Below are positions 8,950 through 16,947 of a DNA stretch of 30,986 nt, one piece after another. The position numbers and the translations under genes were made by a program. Origin of the DNA: an uncultured Lachnospiraceae bacterium. GTDB taxonomy: Bacteria; Bacillota; Clostridia; Oscillospirales; CAG-272. The notes beneath the pieces are model-generated. The model was not told the origin of the DNA and made no database searches. It was given only the letters and a program-made list of their open reading frames with translations. The stretch lies in the NCBI GenBank assembly GCA_964520875.1, contig CAZFQJ010000001.1:1-30986 (forward strand). The letters are read 5' to 3'. How positions within the stretch are numbered: position 1 is the stretch's first letter; every line of letters starts with the position of its first letter.

Positions 8950-9055
8950 CTCACTTTCTTATATGCCATATACGGCAAAATCTCGCTGATTCGGGTAGAC
9001 GCGCCTCGACCGTACAGTCTCCTCGCGACGTTTGCGACCGTTTTCATGCGGCATT
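8950..9055 (-). promoter_or_regulatory. Structured 5' leader of rplU (probable L21 leader)
   Basis: About 100-nt UTR between promoter and RBS with several short stems (GCCG/CGGT, TCGC/GCGA, AGAC/GTCT, TGCC/GGCA). Its position matches the Firmicute L21 leader; not verified with a covariance model. Confidence 0.5.
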
Positions 9056-9059
9056 GATC

Positions 9060-9089
9060 ATTTTACCATATGCATAACCGATTTGTCAA
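9060..9089 (-). promoter_or_regulatory. Sigma-A promoter for rplU-prp-rpmA
   Basis: TTGACA-18 nt-TAAAAT with a TGn extension. Confidence 0.7.
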
Positions 9090-9257
9090 TACCGAAAACG
9101 TTTTTCTTTGCCAAAGCAATTGTAAATTTTTTATGACTCAGTCTCCCGCAAAATGAATAAACGTTTTAAATATTCGCTTTTTTGACATCAAAATTACAAA
9201 AATCGGGGCATTTATTTATAAATATTCGGAAAAAAGTCCGAATTTCCTCAAAAGCTA

Positions 9258-9286
9258 TTGACAAAAAACAGGAAATGTTGTATCAT
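9258..9286 (+). promoter_or_regulatory. Sigma-A promoter for the amino-acid ABC operon
   Basis: TTGACA-17 nt-TATCAT. Confidence 0.7.
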
Positions 9287-9328
9287 AGGGTCACTTATAA
9301 AATACGTTTCATCGAAAGGAAGTTCACC

Positions 9329-10201
9329 ATGAAAATGAAAAAGACACTCGCACTCGTTATGGCTATCATGATGATAGTCGGAACGATGGCATTCACCACA
9401 TCGTGCAGCTACAAGGGCTACGATTTCGATAACGACGACACGCTCGTTATGGTAACGAACGCCGCTTTCCCGCCCTACGAATACACCGATCCCGACGGAC
9501 CGTTCAACGGTTACGCCGGAATAGACGTTGAGATCGCAATGGAGATCGCAAAGCGCCTCGGCAAGACCCTTGAGATCAAGGACGTCGAATTCGACTCCGT
9601 TATCAGCGGTATAAACACCGGTAAGTACGATATCGCTCTCGCCGGTCTCACCGTAACTCCCGACCGCCAGAAGAGCGTAAACTTCTCCAACTCCTACGCA
9701 ACGGGCGTTCAGGTAATGATCGTGAGAAAGGACAGTGCTTACACAAGCATAGACGATTTCTTCAACTACGATGACGACGGCAACCCCGTTTCTCTTAAGA
9801 ATACCGACGTTAAGATCGGCGTTCAGAAGACGACGACCGGCGACATATACTCTTCCGACGACATTACAAACTTCGGATTCAACGAATTAAACGATGACGG
9901 AAGCGTCAAGGGAACCGACAGAGTCACCAAATACAACACGGGAGCGGACGCCGTCGAAGCTCTTAAGACCGGAAAGGTCGACGTCGTAATAATCGACAAC
10001 GAGCCGGCAAAATCCTTCGTTAATCAAAATTCCGACTCTATCCGTATCCTTGAGACTACCTACGCCGAAGAGGACTACGCGATAGCGATCAACAAGAAGA
10101 GCACCGTTCTTCTCGAAAAGGTAAACGAGGCTCTCGCGGCTATGAAAGCCGACGGAACTATCGAAAAGATAGTAAGAAAGTACATTCCCGTCGAAGAATG
10201 A
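9329..10201 (+). CDS. Polar amino-acid ABC transporter substrate-binding lipoprotein
   Basis: GAAAGGA RBS; signal peptide with lipobox-like FTTS-C26; TNAAFPPYEY, GIDVEIA, FDSVISG and YAIA motifs. Confidence 0.92.
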   Translation: MKMKKTLALVMAIMMIVGTMAFTTSCSYKGYDFDNDDTLVMVTNAAFPPYEYTDPDGPFNGYAGIDVEIAMEIAKRLGKTLEIKDVEFDSVISGINTGKYDIALAGLTVTPDRQKSVNFSNSYATGVQVMIVRKDSAYTSIDDFFNYDDDGNPVSLKNTDVKIGVQKTTTGDIYSSDDITNFGFNELNDDGSVKGTDRVTKYNTGADAVEALKTGKVDVVIIDNEPAKSFVNQNSDSIRILETTYAEEDYAIAINKKSTVLLEKVNEALAAMKADGTIEKIVRKYIPVEE

Positions 10202-10222
10202 TCTGTTAAAAATACTTTCGTT

Positions 10223-10260
10223 CAATGGCAGCGGCGATATAAATATTGCCGCCGCCATTG
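10223..10260 (+). other. Intercistronic hairpin between the binding-protein and permease genes
   Basis: CAATGGC-a-GCGGC-GATAT...ATATT-GCCGC-c-GCCATTG with only a weak T tail. Confidence 0.7.
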
Positions 10261-10297
10261 CTTTATGTAAATACTGAAAAATCAGAGGAAAAGCATA

Positions 10298-11029
10298 GTG
10301 GAATGGTTTAATTCTTTAAAAGACGATTTTATTCTCAATTTCGTTGAGAAGGCGAGATGGAAGATGCTCGTTCAAGGTCTCGGCAAAACGTTACTGATAA
10401 CCTTCTTTGCCGTGATCATAGGCGTTATCATAGGAATACTGATCGCCTCCGTCCGCACGACATACGACAAGAATAAGGAAAGCATGCAAAATAACGGCGG
10501 CGTAAAGTACCGCGTGATGCAGGTACTCAACGCCGTATGCAATCTGTATCTTACGGTCATACGCGGAACGCCGGTAGTCGTTCAGCTCCTCATATTCTAT
10601 TTCGTAATATTCACCTCGGTCGATAACGGCGTCATCGTCGCCATACTTGCTTTCGGACTCAACTCCGGAGCATACGTCGCCGAGATATTCAGAAGCGGAA
10701 TAATGTCGATAGACAACGGACAGTTCGAAGCCGGACGCTCTCTCGGATTCAATTACCCTCAGACTATGATCCATATCATAATACCGCAGGCGGTAAAGAA
10801 CGTTCTGCCCACGCTCTGCAACGAATTCATAGTTCTCCTTAAGGAGACGTCGGTCGCGGGATATGTGGGAGAAATGGATCTGACAAAGGCGGGCGACCTT
10901 ATAAGAGGCGCAACATTCTCCGCATTTATGCCCTTGATCGCAGTCGCGCTCATATATCTCACCGTGGTAGTGATACTCACCAAGCTCGTAAAGCTCCTCG
11001 AAAGGAGGCTCCGCCAGAATGAACGCTGA
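10298..11029 (+). CDS. Polar amino-acid ABC transporter permease (GlnP/HisM family)
   Basis: GTG start; [10 protein letters not shown] and [13 protein letters not shown]...[10 protein letters not shown] (EAA loop) motifs. Confidence 0.93.
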   Translation: MEWFNSLKDDFILNFVEKARWKMLVQGLGKTLLITFFAVIIGVIIGILIASVRTTYDKNKESMQNNGGVKYRVMQVLNAVCNLYLTVIRGTPVVVQLLIFYFVIFTSVDNGVIVAILAFGLNSGAYVAEIFRSGIMSIDNGQFEAGRSLGFNYPQTMIHIIIPQAVKNVLPTLCNEFIVLLKETSVAGYVGEMDLTKAGDLIRGATFSAFMPLIAVALIYLTVVVILTKLVKLLERRLRQNER

Positions 11030-11780
11030 AAAAACAACGGAAAACTACGTAGTCGTAGAAGCAAGAGACGTAAAGAAATATTACAAGGGAGACAAGATAA
11101 AGGCTCTCGACGGCGTTTCCATGAAGGTCAAAAAGGGAGAGGTCGTAGTTATAATCGGTCCGTCAGGAAGCGGAAAATCGACCTTTCTGCGTTCTCTCAA
11201 TCTTCTTGAGATACCGACGTCCGGAAGCATACTCTTCCACGGAACGGACATCGCCGCAAAGCATGTTGACATAAACGTGCACCGTCAAAAAATGGGCATG
11301 GTGTTCCAGCATTTCAATCTTTTTCCGCATATGACCATATTAAAGAACCTTACTCTCGCTCCGATGAAGCTTCTCGGAAAGAGCAAGGAGGAAGCGGAAG
11401 CGAAGGCTCACGAGCTTTTGAAGCGCGTCGGTCTTGACGAACGCGCGGACGCATATCCGAGCCAACTTTCTGGCGGACAAAAGCAACGTATAGCGATAGT
11501 ACGCGCGCTCTGCATGGAGCCGGAGGTGATGCTCTTCGACGAGCCTACCTCGGCGCTCGACCCCGAGCTTGTCGGAGAAGTCCTTGACGTCATGAAGACG
11601 CTTGCAGGCGAAGGAATGACCATGCTATGCGTAACTCACGAAATGGGCTTTGCGCGCGAGGTCGCGGACAGAGTCGTATTCATGTGCGACGGAACGATAG
11701 CGGAAGAGGGAACTCCGGAGGAGATATTCACAGACCCGAAGAACCCGAGACTCAGACAATTTTTACAGAGCATACTTTAA
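11019..11780 (+). CDS. glnQ: Polar amino-acid ABC transporter ATP-binding protein (GlnQ family)
   Basis: [29 protein letters not shown] and VTHEMGFA motifs; overlaps the permease stop. Confidence 0.93.
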   Translation: MNAEKTTENYVVVEARDVKKYYKGDKIKALDGVSMKVKKGEVVVIIGPSGSGKSTFLRSLNLLEIPTSGSILFHGTDIAAKHVDINVHRQKMGMVFQHFNLFPHMTILKNLTLAPMKLLGKSKEEAEAKAHELLKRVGLDERADAYPSQLSGGQKQRIAIVRALCMEPEVMLFDEPTSALDPELVGEVLDVMKTLAGEGMTMLCVTHEMGFAREVADRVVFMCDGTIAEEGTPEEIFTDPKNPRLRQFLQSIL

Positions 11781-11784
11781 AATC

Positions 11785-11828
11785 AAAAAAGATCTCGCGG
11801 CGGAAGATATCCGCCGCGAGATCTTTTT
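11785..11828. terminator. Bidirectional terminator
   Basis: A6-GATCTCGCGGCGGA-agata-TCCGCCGCGAGATC-T5 between convergent genes. Confidence 0.88.
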
Positions 11829-11829
11829 A

Positions 11830-12612
11830 TTATCGCTCGCGAGCGCTTTTAAAACGGGCTATCAAAAGCGAGATCACGGCAAACATCATTACGAGTATAC
11901 TTATGAACTGAGAGGTAGAAAGACCGAATACAAAGCCGCGTATATCGTCTCCTCTCAAAAGCTCGTCAAAGAACCTGACAAAGGAATACATGATAAGATA
12001 TATATAAAACGTTCTTCCCTTCGCTTTACCGTTCTTTAAAAGAAGGTATATAACGAGCGCTATGCAAAGATCAAGGAACGACTCCAAAAGCTGAACGGGA
12101 AAACGCCTTACCTCTCCTATATCGGTCAATGTATTTCCGTGAGCGCAGAATCCGATATCGGATTCTATACCGTAGCAACACCCTCCGAAAAAGCACCCCA
12201 CCCGAGCAAAAGCATGAAAAAGCGGTGCGAGCAGAGCGAAATTATCGATATATATATCCTTCGGAAGCTTAAATATCCTAATATAGATAAGACCGAACAA
12301 AAATGCGCCGATAAGTCCGCCGTAAAACACCGAGCCTCCGAATATCCGCCCGAGAAGCGCTAAGGCTTCCCCAAGGCTCTCGGCTTTGAAAACAGACGGT
12401 ATATACCGTGCGTTGACCGCCCCGTACATAATGTGTCCGCCGACAAGCACGCCTCCCCCGACAAAAAGAAGGAAGAGTATAGCGTCATTATCGTCATGAC
12501 CGCTCTTTTTTATCCTTACACAAAAAACATAACCGGACACAAGTATACCGATCGCAGCCATAACGGCGTACATCGATATCTCTTTTCCGAATAAAACGAT
12601 TACAGGATACAT
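11830..12612 (-). CDS. lgt: Prolipoprotein diacylglyceryl transferase family protein (Cys-rich variant)
   Basis: Start at ATG 12612 after a GAGGTG RBS; GGSVFYGG, ARVGCFFGGCCYG, RFPVQLLE and RFFDELLRGD align with Lgt motifs; multi-TM. Confidence 0.82.
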   Translation of the reverse strand: MYPVIVLFGKEISMYAVMAAIGILVSGYVFCVRIKKSGHDDNDAILFLLFVGGGVLVGGHIMYGAVNARYIPSVFKAESLGEALALLGRIFGGSVFYGGLIGAFLFGLIYIRIFKLPKDIYIDNFALLAPLFHAFARVGCFFGGCCYGIESDIGFCAHGNTLTDIGEVRRFPVQLLESFLDLCIALVIYLLLKNGKAKGRTFYIYLIMYSFVRFFDELLRGDDIRGFVFGLSTSQFISILVMMFAVISLLIARFKSARER

Positions 12613-12673
12613 TTTCACCTCAACGAAAAAGCGGCGCTCTTGTGTTTTGCAAAAGCACCGCTTTCGATCTTTT

Positions 12674-13045
12674 TTACATCGACGCTTCCGCCGCCGCGCA
12701 TATGGTCGCCGCGCATGCAACCGTGCAGATAACGCCTATGAAAGCAAATATCGTTCCGATGATACCGAGGACCAAGCCCGCCGTTGCGATACCCGAAGGT
12801 CTTCCGGTCGCCGCGATCGACTTTTTCCTTCCTATCGCTCCGAATATGAGTCCGAGAAGAGCAAAAAATCCCGTAAATAAATTTACGACCGGGATCCATG
12901 CGCCGATCATTCCCAATATTCCGAAAACGAGTCCGGCGACCGACAGTCCCTTTCCGCTGCTTTGTGTTCCGTTCGATCCCGCGTTCGGTTGCTGATAAAA
13001 ATCCACGTTGCGGTTATCGTTCGGATCCTGAAATTGTCCGTTCAT
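12674..13045 (-). CDS. Small membrane protein, DUF4190-like
   Basis: N/Q/P-rich N-tail; repeated A(T)AGLV(F/L)GI motif (SVAGLVFGI, ATAGLVLGI); three hydrophobic segments; GGAGG RBS. Confidence 0.7.
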   Translation of the reverse strand: MNGQFQDPNDNRNVDFYQQPNAGSNGTQSSGKGLSVAGLVFGILGMIGAWIPVVNLFTGFFALLGLIFGAIGRKKSIAATGRPSGIATAGLVLGIIGTIFAFIGVICTVACAATICAAAEASM

Positions 13046-13074
13046 AACAGAACCTCCTAAAAGTAATATATTGA

Positions 13075-13101
13075 TCTTGTAGTTATTTTTTAACTACAAG
13101 A
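13075..13101. promoter_or_regulatory. Perfect 11-5-11 inverted repeat, candidate XRE operator
   Basis: TCTTGTAGTTA-ttttt-TAACTACAAGA, overlapping the predicted +1 of the leftward promoter. Confidence 0.7.
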
Positions 13102-13104
13102 AAC

Positions 13105-13133
13105 ATTATATGCCAATTCTAACTATTTGTCAA
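13105..13133 (-). promoter_or_regulatory. Consensus sigma-A promoter for the DUF4190-lgt operon
   Basis: TTGACA-17 nt-TATAAT, a perfect match. Confidence 0.85.
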
Positions 13134-13149
13134 TAGTTTTAGTTAAAAA

Positions 13150-13158
13150 TGTTATAAT
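13150..13158 (+). promoter_or_regulatory. Extended -10 promoter for the XRE gene
   Basis: TG-T-TATAAT about 24 nt upstream of the ATG; no canonical -35 at 17 nt. Confidence 0.55.
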
Positions 13159-13181
13159 ATTTTTAACGGAGGCGGAAATAT

Positions 13182-13454
13182 ATGAATATTGGTGAAAAAA
13201 TAAGAAACGCACGCGAAGATATGGATCTTTTGCAATCGGATATGGCAAGGCTCATTCCGATGAATCAATCGAATTATTCCAAAATAGAACGAAATATCCA
13301 AGAACCGAGCATAGAACAACTGAGAAGGATCTGTCAGATACTCCGTCTCGATCCGCGCTACCTTCTCGATCTGGAGCTTTACGAGACCGTTTCCGAAAAG
13401 GATCTCGAACTGCTGGGCGACGTAAAAAAGCTGATACGCAAATATTCGAATTGA
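13182..13454 (+). CDS. XRE family HTH transcriptional regulator
   Basis: IGEKIRNAREDMDLLQSDMA...QSNYSKIERNIQEPSIEQLRRICQIL; GGAGG RBS. Confidence 0.92.
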   Translation: MNIGEKIRNAREDMDLLQSDMARLIPMNQSNYSKIERNIQEPSIEQLRRICQILRLDPRYLLDLELYETVSEKDLELLGDVKKLIRKYSN

Positions 13455-13482
13455 AGCTCGGCAACGACCGAGCTTTCGTTTT
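13454..13482 (+). terminator. Terminator after the XRE gene
   Basis: AAGCTCGG-caacga-CCGAGCTT followed by TCGTTTT. Confidence 0.7.
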
Positions 13483-13546
13483 ATACGTAAAAAGCGGTAT
13501 ATGATACATTTTCGCGAATTCGTAGATAACGTTTTTGATTTTTTTA

Positions 13547-13575
13547 TTGATTTTTACAAAATAATAGTGTATAAT
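13547..13575 (+). promoter_or_regulatory. Sigma-A promoter for GH38
   Basis: TTGATT-17 nt-TATAAT. Confidence 0.65.
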
Positions 13576-13637
13576 CTTCTTACACGCACCGTTTTCCGCT
13601 CTTAAATGGAAAATACAAACGTTAAGGAGACTTCAAA

Positions 13638-16340
13638 ATGGTATCAAAAGAAAAGAACTATTGCATAATCTCCCACACGCATTGGGACAGAGAGTGGTAT
13701 CTTCCGTTCGAACAATTCAGGATAAGACTCGTCGACATGATCGACCGTGTTCTCGAAATACTAAAAAAGGACGAGGATTACCGTTTTCATCTTGACGCAC
13801 AGACCGTAGTCCTTGAGGATTACCTTGAGATAAAGCCGGAAAACAGAGCCGAGCTCGAAGGCTTCATACGCGAAGGCAGACTTCTCGTCGGACCTTGGTA
13901 CGTTCAAAACGATTTTCACTTAACGAGCGGAGAAGCGACCGTAAGGAACCTGCTCATAGGCACCGATATAGCCGAAAGCTTCGGCAAATGCATGGACATA
14001 GGCTATGCCGCCGATCAGTTCGGTCTCATATCTCAGCTTCCGCAGATACTTAACGGCTTCGGGCTTGATACGTGTATATTCGGACGCGGCTTCGGCAGAG
14101 GCGAACGTCAGTTCTATTGGACATCGCAAAACGGAAGCAAACTGCTATGCGAGCACATGTTTGCATGGTATAACAATCTTCAGCGTTTGCCAAGCGATTC
14201 GGACGCGGCCCTTAAATTGCTCGTTTCCGCAGGAGAAACGAACCTCGGCAAGGGCAAAAGCTCCTCCGCGCTCCTTATGAACGGAGTCGATCACCTCGAA
14301 GCACAGGAGGATCTTACAGATATAATAAAAGAGCTTCAAAAGCGTTTGCCCGACGGCACGCGGGTATTTCAGGACACAATGCCCGAATATATGCAAAGGC
14401 TAAAAAGCGATATCGAAAAAGAAGGTCTTTCGTTAAAGAGCTACGAGGGCGAGATGCGCGATTTAGGCGCTGCGAACGTACTTACCGGCACACTCTCGTC
14501 TCGTATATATCTAAAGCAGATGAACACGCGTATACAGAGCGATATCGAACGCCGCTTCGAACCTTCATACGCGCTCCTTTCCGCTCTCGGAATACAAAAA
14601 TACCCTTCGGAATACGGAAGATATCTTTGGAAGACGCTCATACTTAACCACCCGCACGATTCTATCTGCGGTTGCTCGGTCGATCCCGTTCACGAGCACA
14701 TGGTCGACCGTTTCAAGAGGCTCGAAGAAAATCTTTCGGAGCTTGACGAGCGAGCGGACGAAGCGTATATGCGACATATAGACCGTTCTCTTATAAATAA
14801 AGACGATATAATGATAATGTGCGTAAACCGCACCCCGTATCCGTATAACGGTACGCTGACCGCAACTGTCGATATACTTACGAGCGAAAACAAGGACGGA
14901 TTTACGTTAAAGAACGCTAACGGCAAGGAAGTTCCCTTCGAAATAGTCTCGATAGACAGGAATGTCAGAAAGCGCATACTTTCTCCGATAAATCTTCCCG
15001 GAGAAAAAACGGTAGATCGCTATGTTTTACGAATAATGCCGGGAAAGCTTGACGGAATGACGCGCAAGATACTCGTCCTTTCCCCGAGCGAGAAAAAGCT
15101 CTCCGTTTGCGAAAACAAGAAGCGCGCACGCGTAAAGACCATACAAAACGAATACTTAAAGGCGGTCATAAATCCGAACGGAAGCGTAGATCTCACCGAC
15201 AAGATCTCGGGAAGGACCTATCGTTCTCTCCTGACCTTTGAGGACGACAGAGATCTGGGAGACGCGTATACGTATTTCGAATACGACAAAGGCGATCTCA
15301 TAACGAGCGATAACGCAAAGGCTCGCGTTTCCGTAGTTGAGGAAACGCCGTTCATCAGCTCGCGAAAGATAGCTCTCTCCCTTGACGTCGACCGAATTAC
15401 CGGCAAGGGACGGATCCCGATAGAGGTTGTCGTTTCGCTTACAAAAGGCTCAAAAAGGCTCGATGTTACCGTAACCTACGACAATTCATTAAAATACCAC
15501 CGTCTGCGCGTAAAGCTTCCCACCGGTATAAAAACGGATACAAATTATGCGGGTCAGCCCTACGATACCGTAGTAAGGAGCAAGGTCAGCGTATACAAAA
15601 ACGACTTTACGCACCCGAACACAGGCTTCTGCGGTATAGACGGAGACGGTCACGGACTTGCCGTGCTTAACGAAGGACTTTACGAATACGAGCACATGAC
15701 GGGAAAGGACGACGGAACGCTCGCGCTGACGATACTGCGAGCTACGGGACGCGTCACCGGCGGATACGGAGAACCGAACGAAAGCAACGTAACCGAGGGC
15801 TGGGACGCGCCGGCTTGTCAATCATTCGGAAAGAACACCGTCCGCCTTGCCGTTCTTCCCTATTCGGGAGACCGAACGGAAGCAGGCGTAGAAAAGGAAG
15901 CCGATCTGTTCCTTTCCGCGCCTTATACGGCGGTCCAACATTCCGACTATAACAAATTTCTCGGAGGAAGACCGTTCGTGCAATCGACCGACATTCCGAC
16001 GATATTCTACCGTCCGTTAGAGCGCCCCGAAATAAAGCTGCCGCTTGAGACCGCGGCTTTCGGGTTAGAACAGAGCGTAAAGAACGCCATGGCGCTGACG
16101 GCGTACAAAGAAGCCGAGGACGGAAACGGACAGATAATACGTTTTTTCAACACGACGCTTTCGGAGATCGATTTTTCCATTAAATTCGGATACAAGATAA
16201 AAGAAGCGTTCATAACGGATCTTGCCGAAAAAAGCTCCGTTCGGATCGCAGTTAACGCAAAAAAGAAGATAAAACTGCATGCGAAAGCAAAGGAGATAGT
16301 CACCGTAAGAGTGATATCGGAAGCAACAAAAGCGATATGA
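13638..16340 (+). CDS. Glycoside hydrolase family 38 alpha-mannosidase (MngB-like architecture)
   Basis: 900 aa; SHTHWDREWY, LDAQ, VGPWYVQND, ADQFG (nucleophile), NGVDH and NHPHDSICGCS motifs; no signal peptide. Confidence 0.93.
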   Translation: MVSKEKNYCIISHTHWDREWYLPFEQFRIRLVDMIDRVLEILKKDEDYRFHLDAQTVVLEDYLEIKPENRAELEGFIREGRLLVGPWYVQNDFHLTSGEATVRNLLIGTDIAESFGKCMDIGYAADQFGLISQLPQILNGFGLDTCIFGRGFGRGERQFYWTSQNGSKLLCEHMFAWYNNLQRLPSDSDAALKLLVSAGETNLGKGKSSSALLMNGVDHLEAQEDLTDIIKELQKRLPDGTRVFQDTMPEYMQRLKSDIEKEGLSLKSYEGEMRDLGAANVLTGTLSSRIYLKQMNTRIQSDIERRFEPSYALLSALGIQKYPSEYGRYLWKTLILNHPHDSICGCSVDPVHEHMVDRFKRLEENLSELDERADEAYMRHIDRSLINKDDIMIMCVNRTPYPYNGTLTATVDILTSENKDGFTLKNANGKEVPFEIVSIDRNVRKRILSPINLPGEKTVDRYVLRIMPGKLDGMTRKILVLSPSEKKLSVCENKKRARVKTIQNEYLKAVINPNGSVDLTDKISGRTYRSLLTFEDDRDLGDAYTYFEYDKGDLITSDNAKARVSVVEETPFISSRKIALSLDVDRITGKGRIPIEVVVSLTKGSKRLDVTVTYDNSLKYHRLRVKLPTGIKTDTNYAGQPYDTVVRSKVSVYKNDFTHPNTGFCGIDGDGHGLAVLNEGLYEYEHMTGKDDGTLALTILRATGRVTGGYGEPNESNVTEGWDAPACQSFGKNTVRLAVLPYSGDRTEAGVEKEADLFLSAPYTAVQHSDYNKFLGGRPFVQSTDIPTIFYRPLERPEIKLPLETAAFGLEQSVKNAMALTAYKEAEDGNGQIIRFFNTTLSEIDFSIKFGYKIKEAFITDLAEKSSVRIAVNAKKKIKLHAKAKEIVTVRVISEATKAI

Positions 16341-16364
16341 TCAAAAGAAAGGATATACCGTAAA

Positions 16365-16727
16365 ATGAATCTGCAGGAATCGGGAGAGATGTACCTTGAG
16401 ACGATATTACGTCTTTCGGAAAAGCTGAACGTCGTTCATTCGATAGATATAAGCGAGGAAATGGGATATTCAAAGCCGAGCGTGAGCCGTGCCGTGGGAA
16501 TACTGAAAAAAGGCGGATATATAACCGTGGCAAAGGACGGCGCGATAACGCTGACGGAAAGCGGAAGCGAAACGGCAAAGAAGATATATCTCAGACACAG
16601 GACGCTTACCGAATTTCTGATACACATAGGCGTATCCCCCGAGACCGCATCGACCGACGCCTGTAAGATAGAACACGTAATAAGCGACGAGACCCTGAAC
16701 AAGATGCTCGTATTTTTGAAAAAATAA
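16365..16727 (+). CDS. mntR: DtxR/MntR family metal-dependent regulator
   Basis: ESGEMYLETI, SKPSVSRAV, RHRTL and DACKIEHVIS motifs; 120 aa with no SH3-like domain. Confidence 0.88.
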   Translation: MNLQESGEMYLETILRLSEKLNVVHSIDISEEMGYSKPSVSRAVGILKKGGYITVAKDGAITLTESGSETAKKIYLRHRTLTEFLIHIGVSPETASTDACKIEHVISDETLNKMLVFLKK

Positions 16728-16752
16728 TATCAATCCGAAAAATCAATATTAA

Positions 16753-16797
16753 AAAGTTCTCGCAGACCGGAAAAACGGCTTGCGAGAACTTTATTTT
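16753..16797 (+). terminator. Terminator after mntR
   Basis: AAAGTTCTCGCA...TGCGAGAACTTT followed by ATTTTT. Confidence 0.8.
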
Positions 16798-16823
16798 TCG
16801 GACAGAATGACCTAAAACGAAAA

Positions 16824-16871
16824 GCCTTCTCCTGTGGGAGAAGGTGTCACGCGTATGCGTGACGGATGAGG
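16824..16871. repeat. REP-like double-hairpin element (single copy in window)
   Basis: GCCTTCTCC-tgtg-GGAGAAGG-t-GTCACGC-gtat-GCGTGAC-GGATGAGG. The two stems are seen directly; the repeat-family assignment comes from recalled similarity. Confidence 0.6.
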
Positions 16872-16891
16872 TATTATTCATCTTTCACTCC

Positions 16892-16933
16892 ATAATACAA
16901 AGCCGCAGATATATATCTGCGGCTTTGTATTAT
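16892..16933. terminator. Perfect 42-bp palindrome, probable terminator for the convergent membrane-protein gene
   Basis: ATAATACAAAGCCGCAGATATATATCTGCGGCTTTGTATTAT equals its own reverse complement. Confidence 0.7.
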
Positions 16934-16947
16934 AATTAAGATGTTCT

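Noticed and set aside
12613-12720. Arg/Lys-rich N-terminal extension of Lgt
   Set aside because: Overlaps the DUF4190 gene; the GAGGTG RBS supports ATG 12612. ORF-track extensions of rpmA, rplU, the ABC binding protein, the radical SAMs, DAHP synthase and the MBL gene were trimmed for the same reason.
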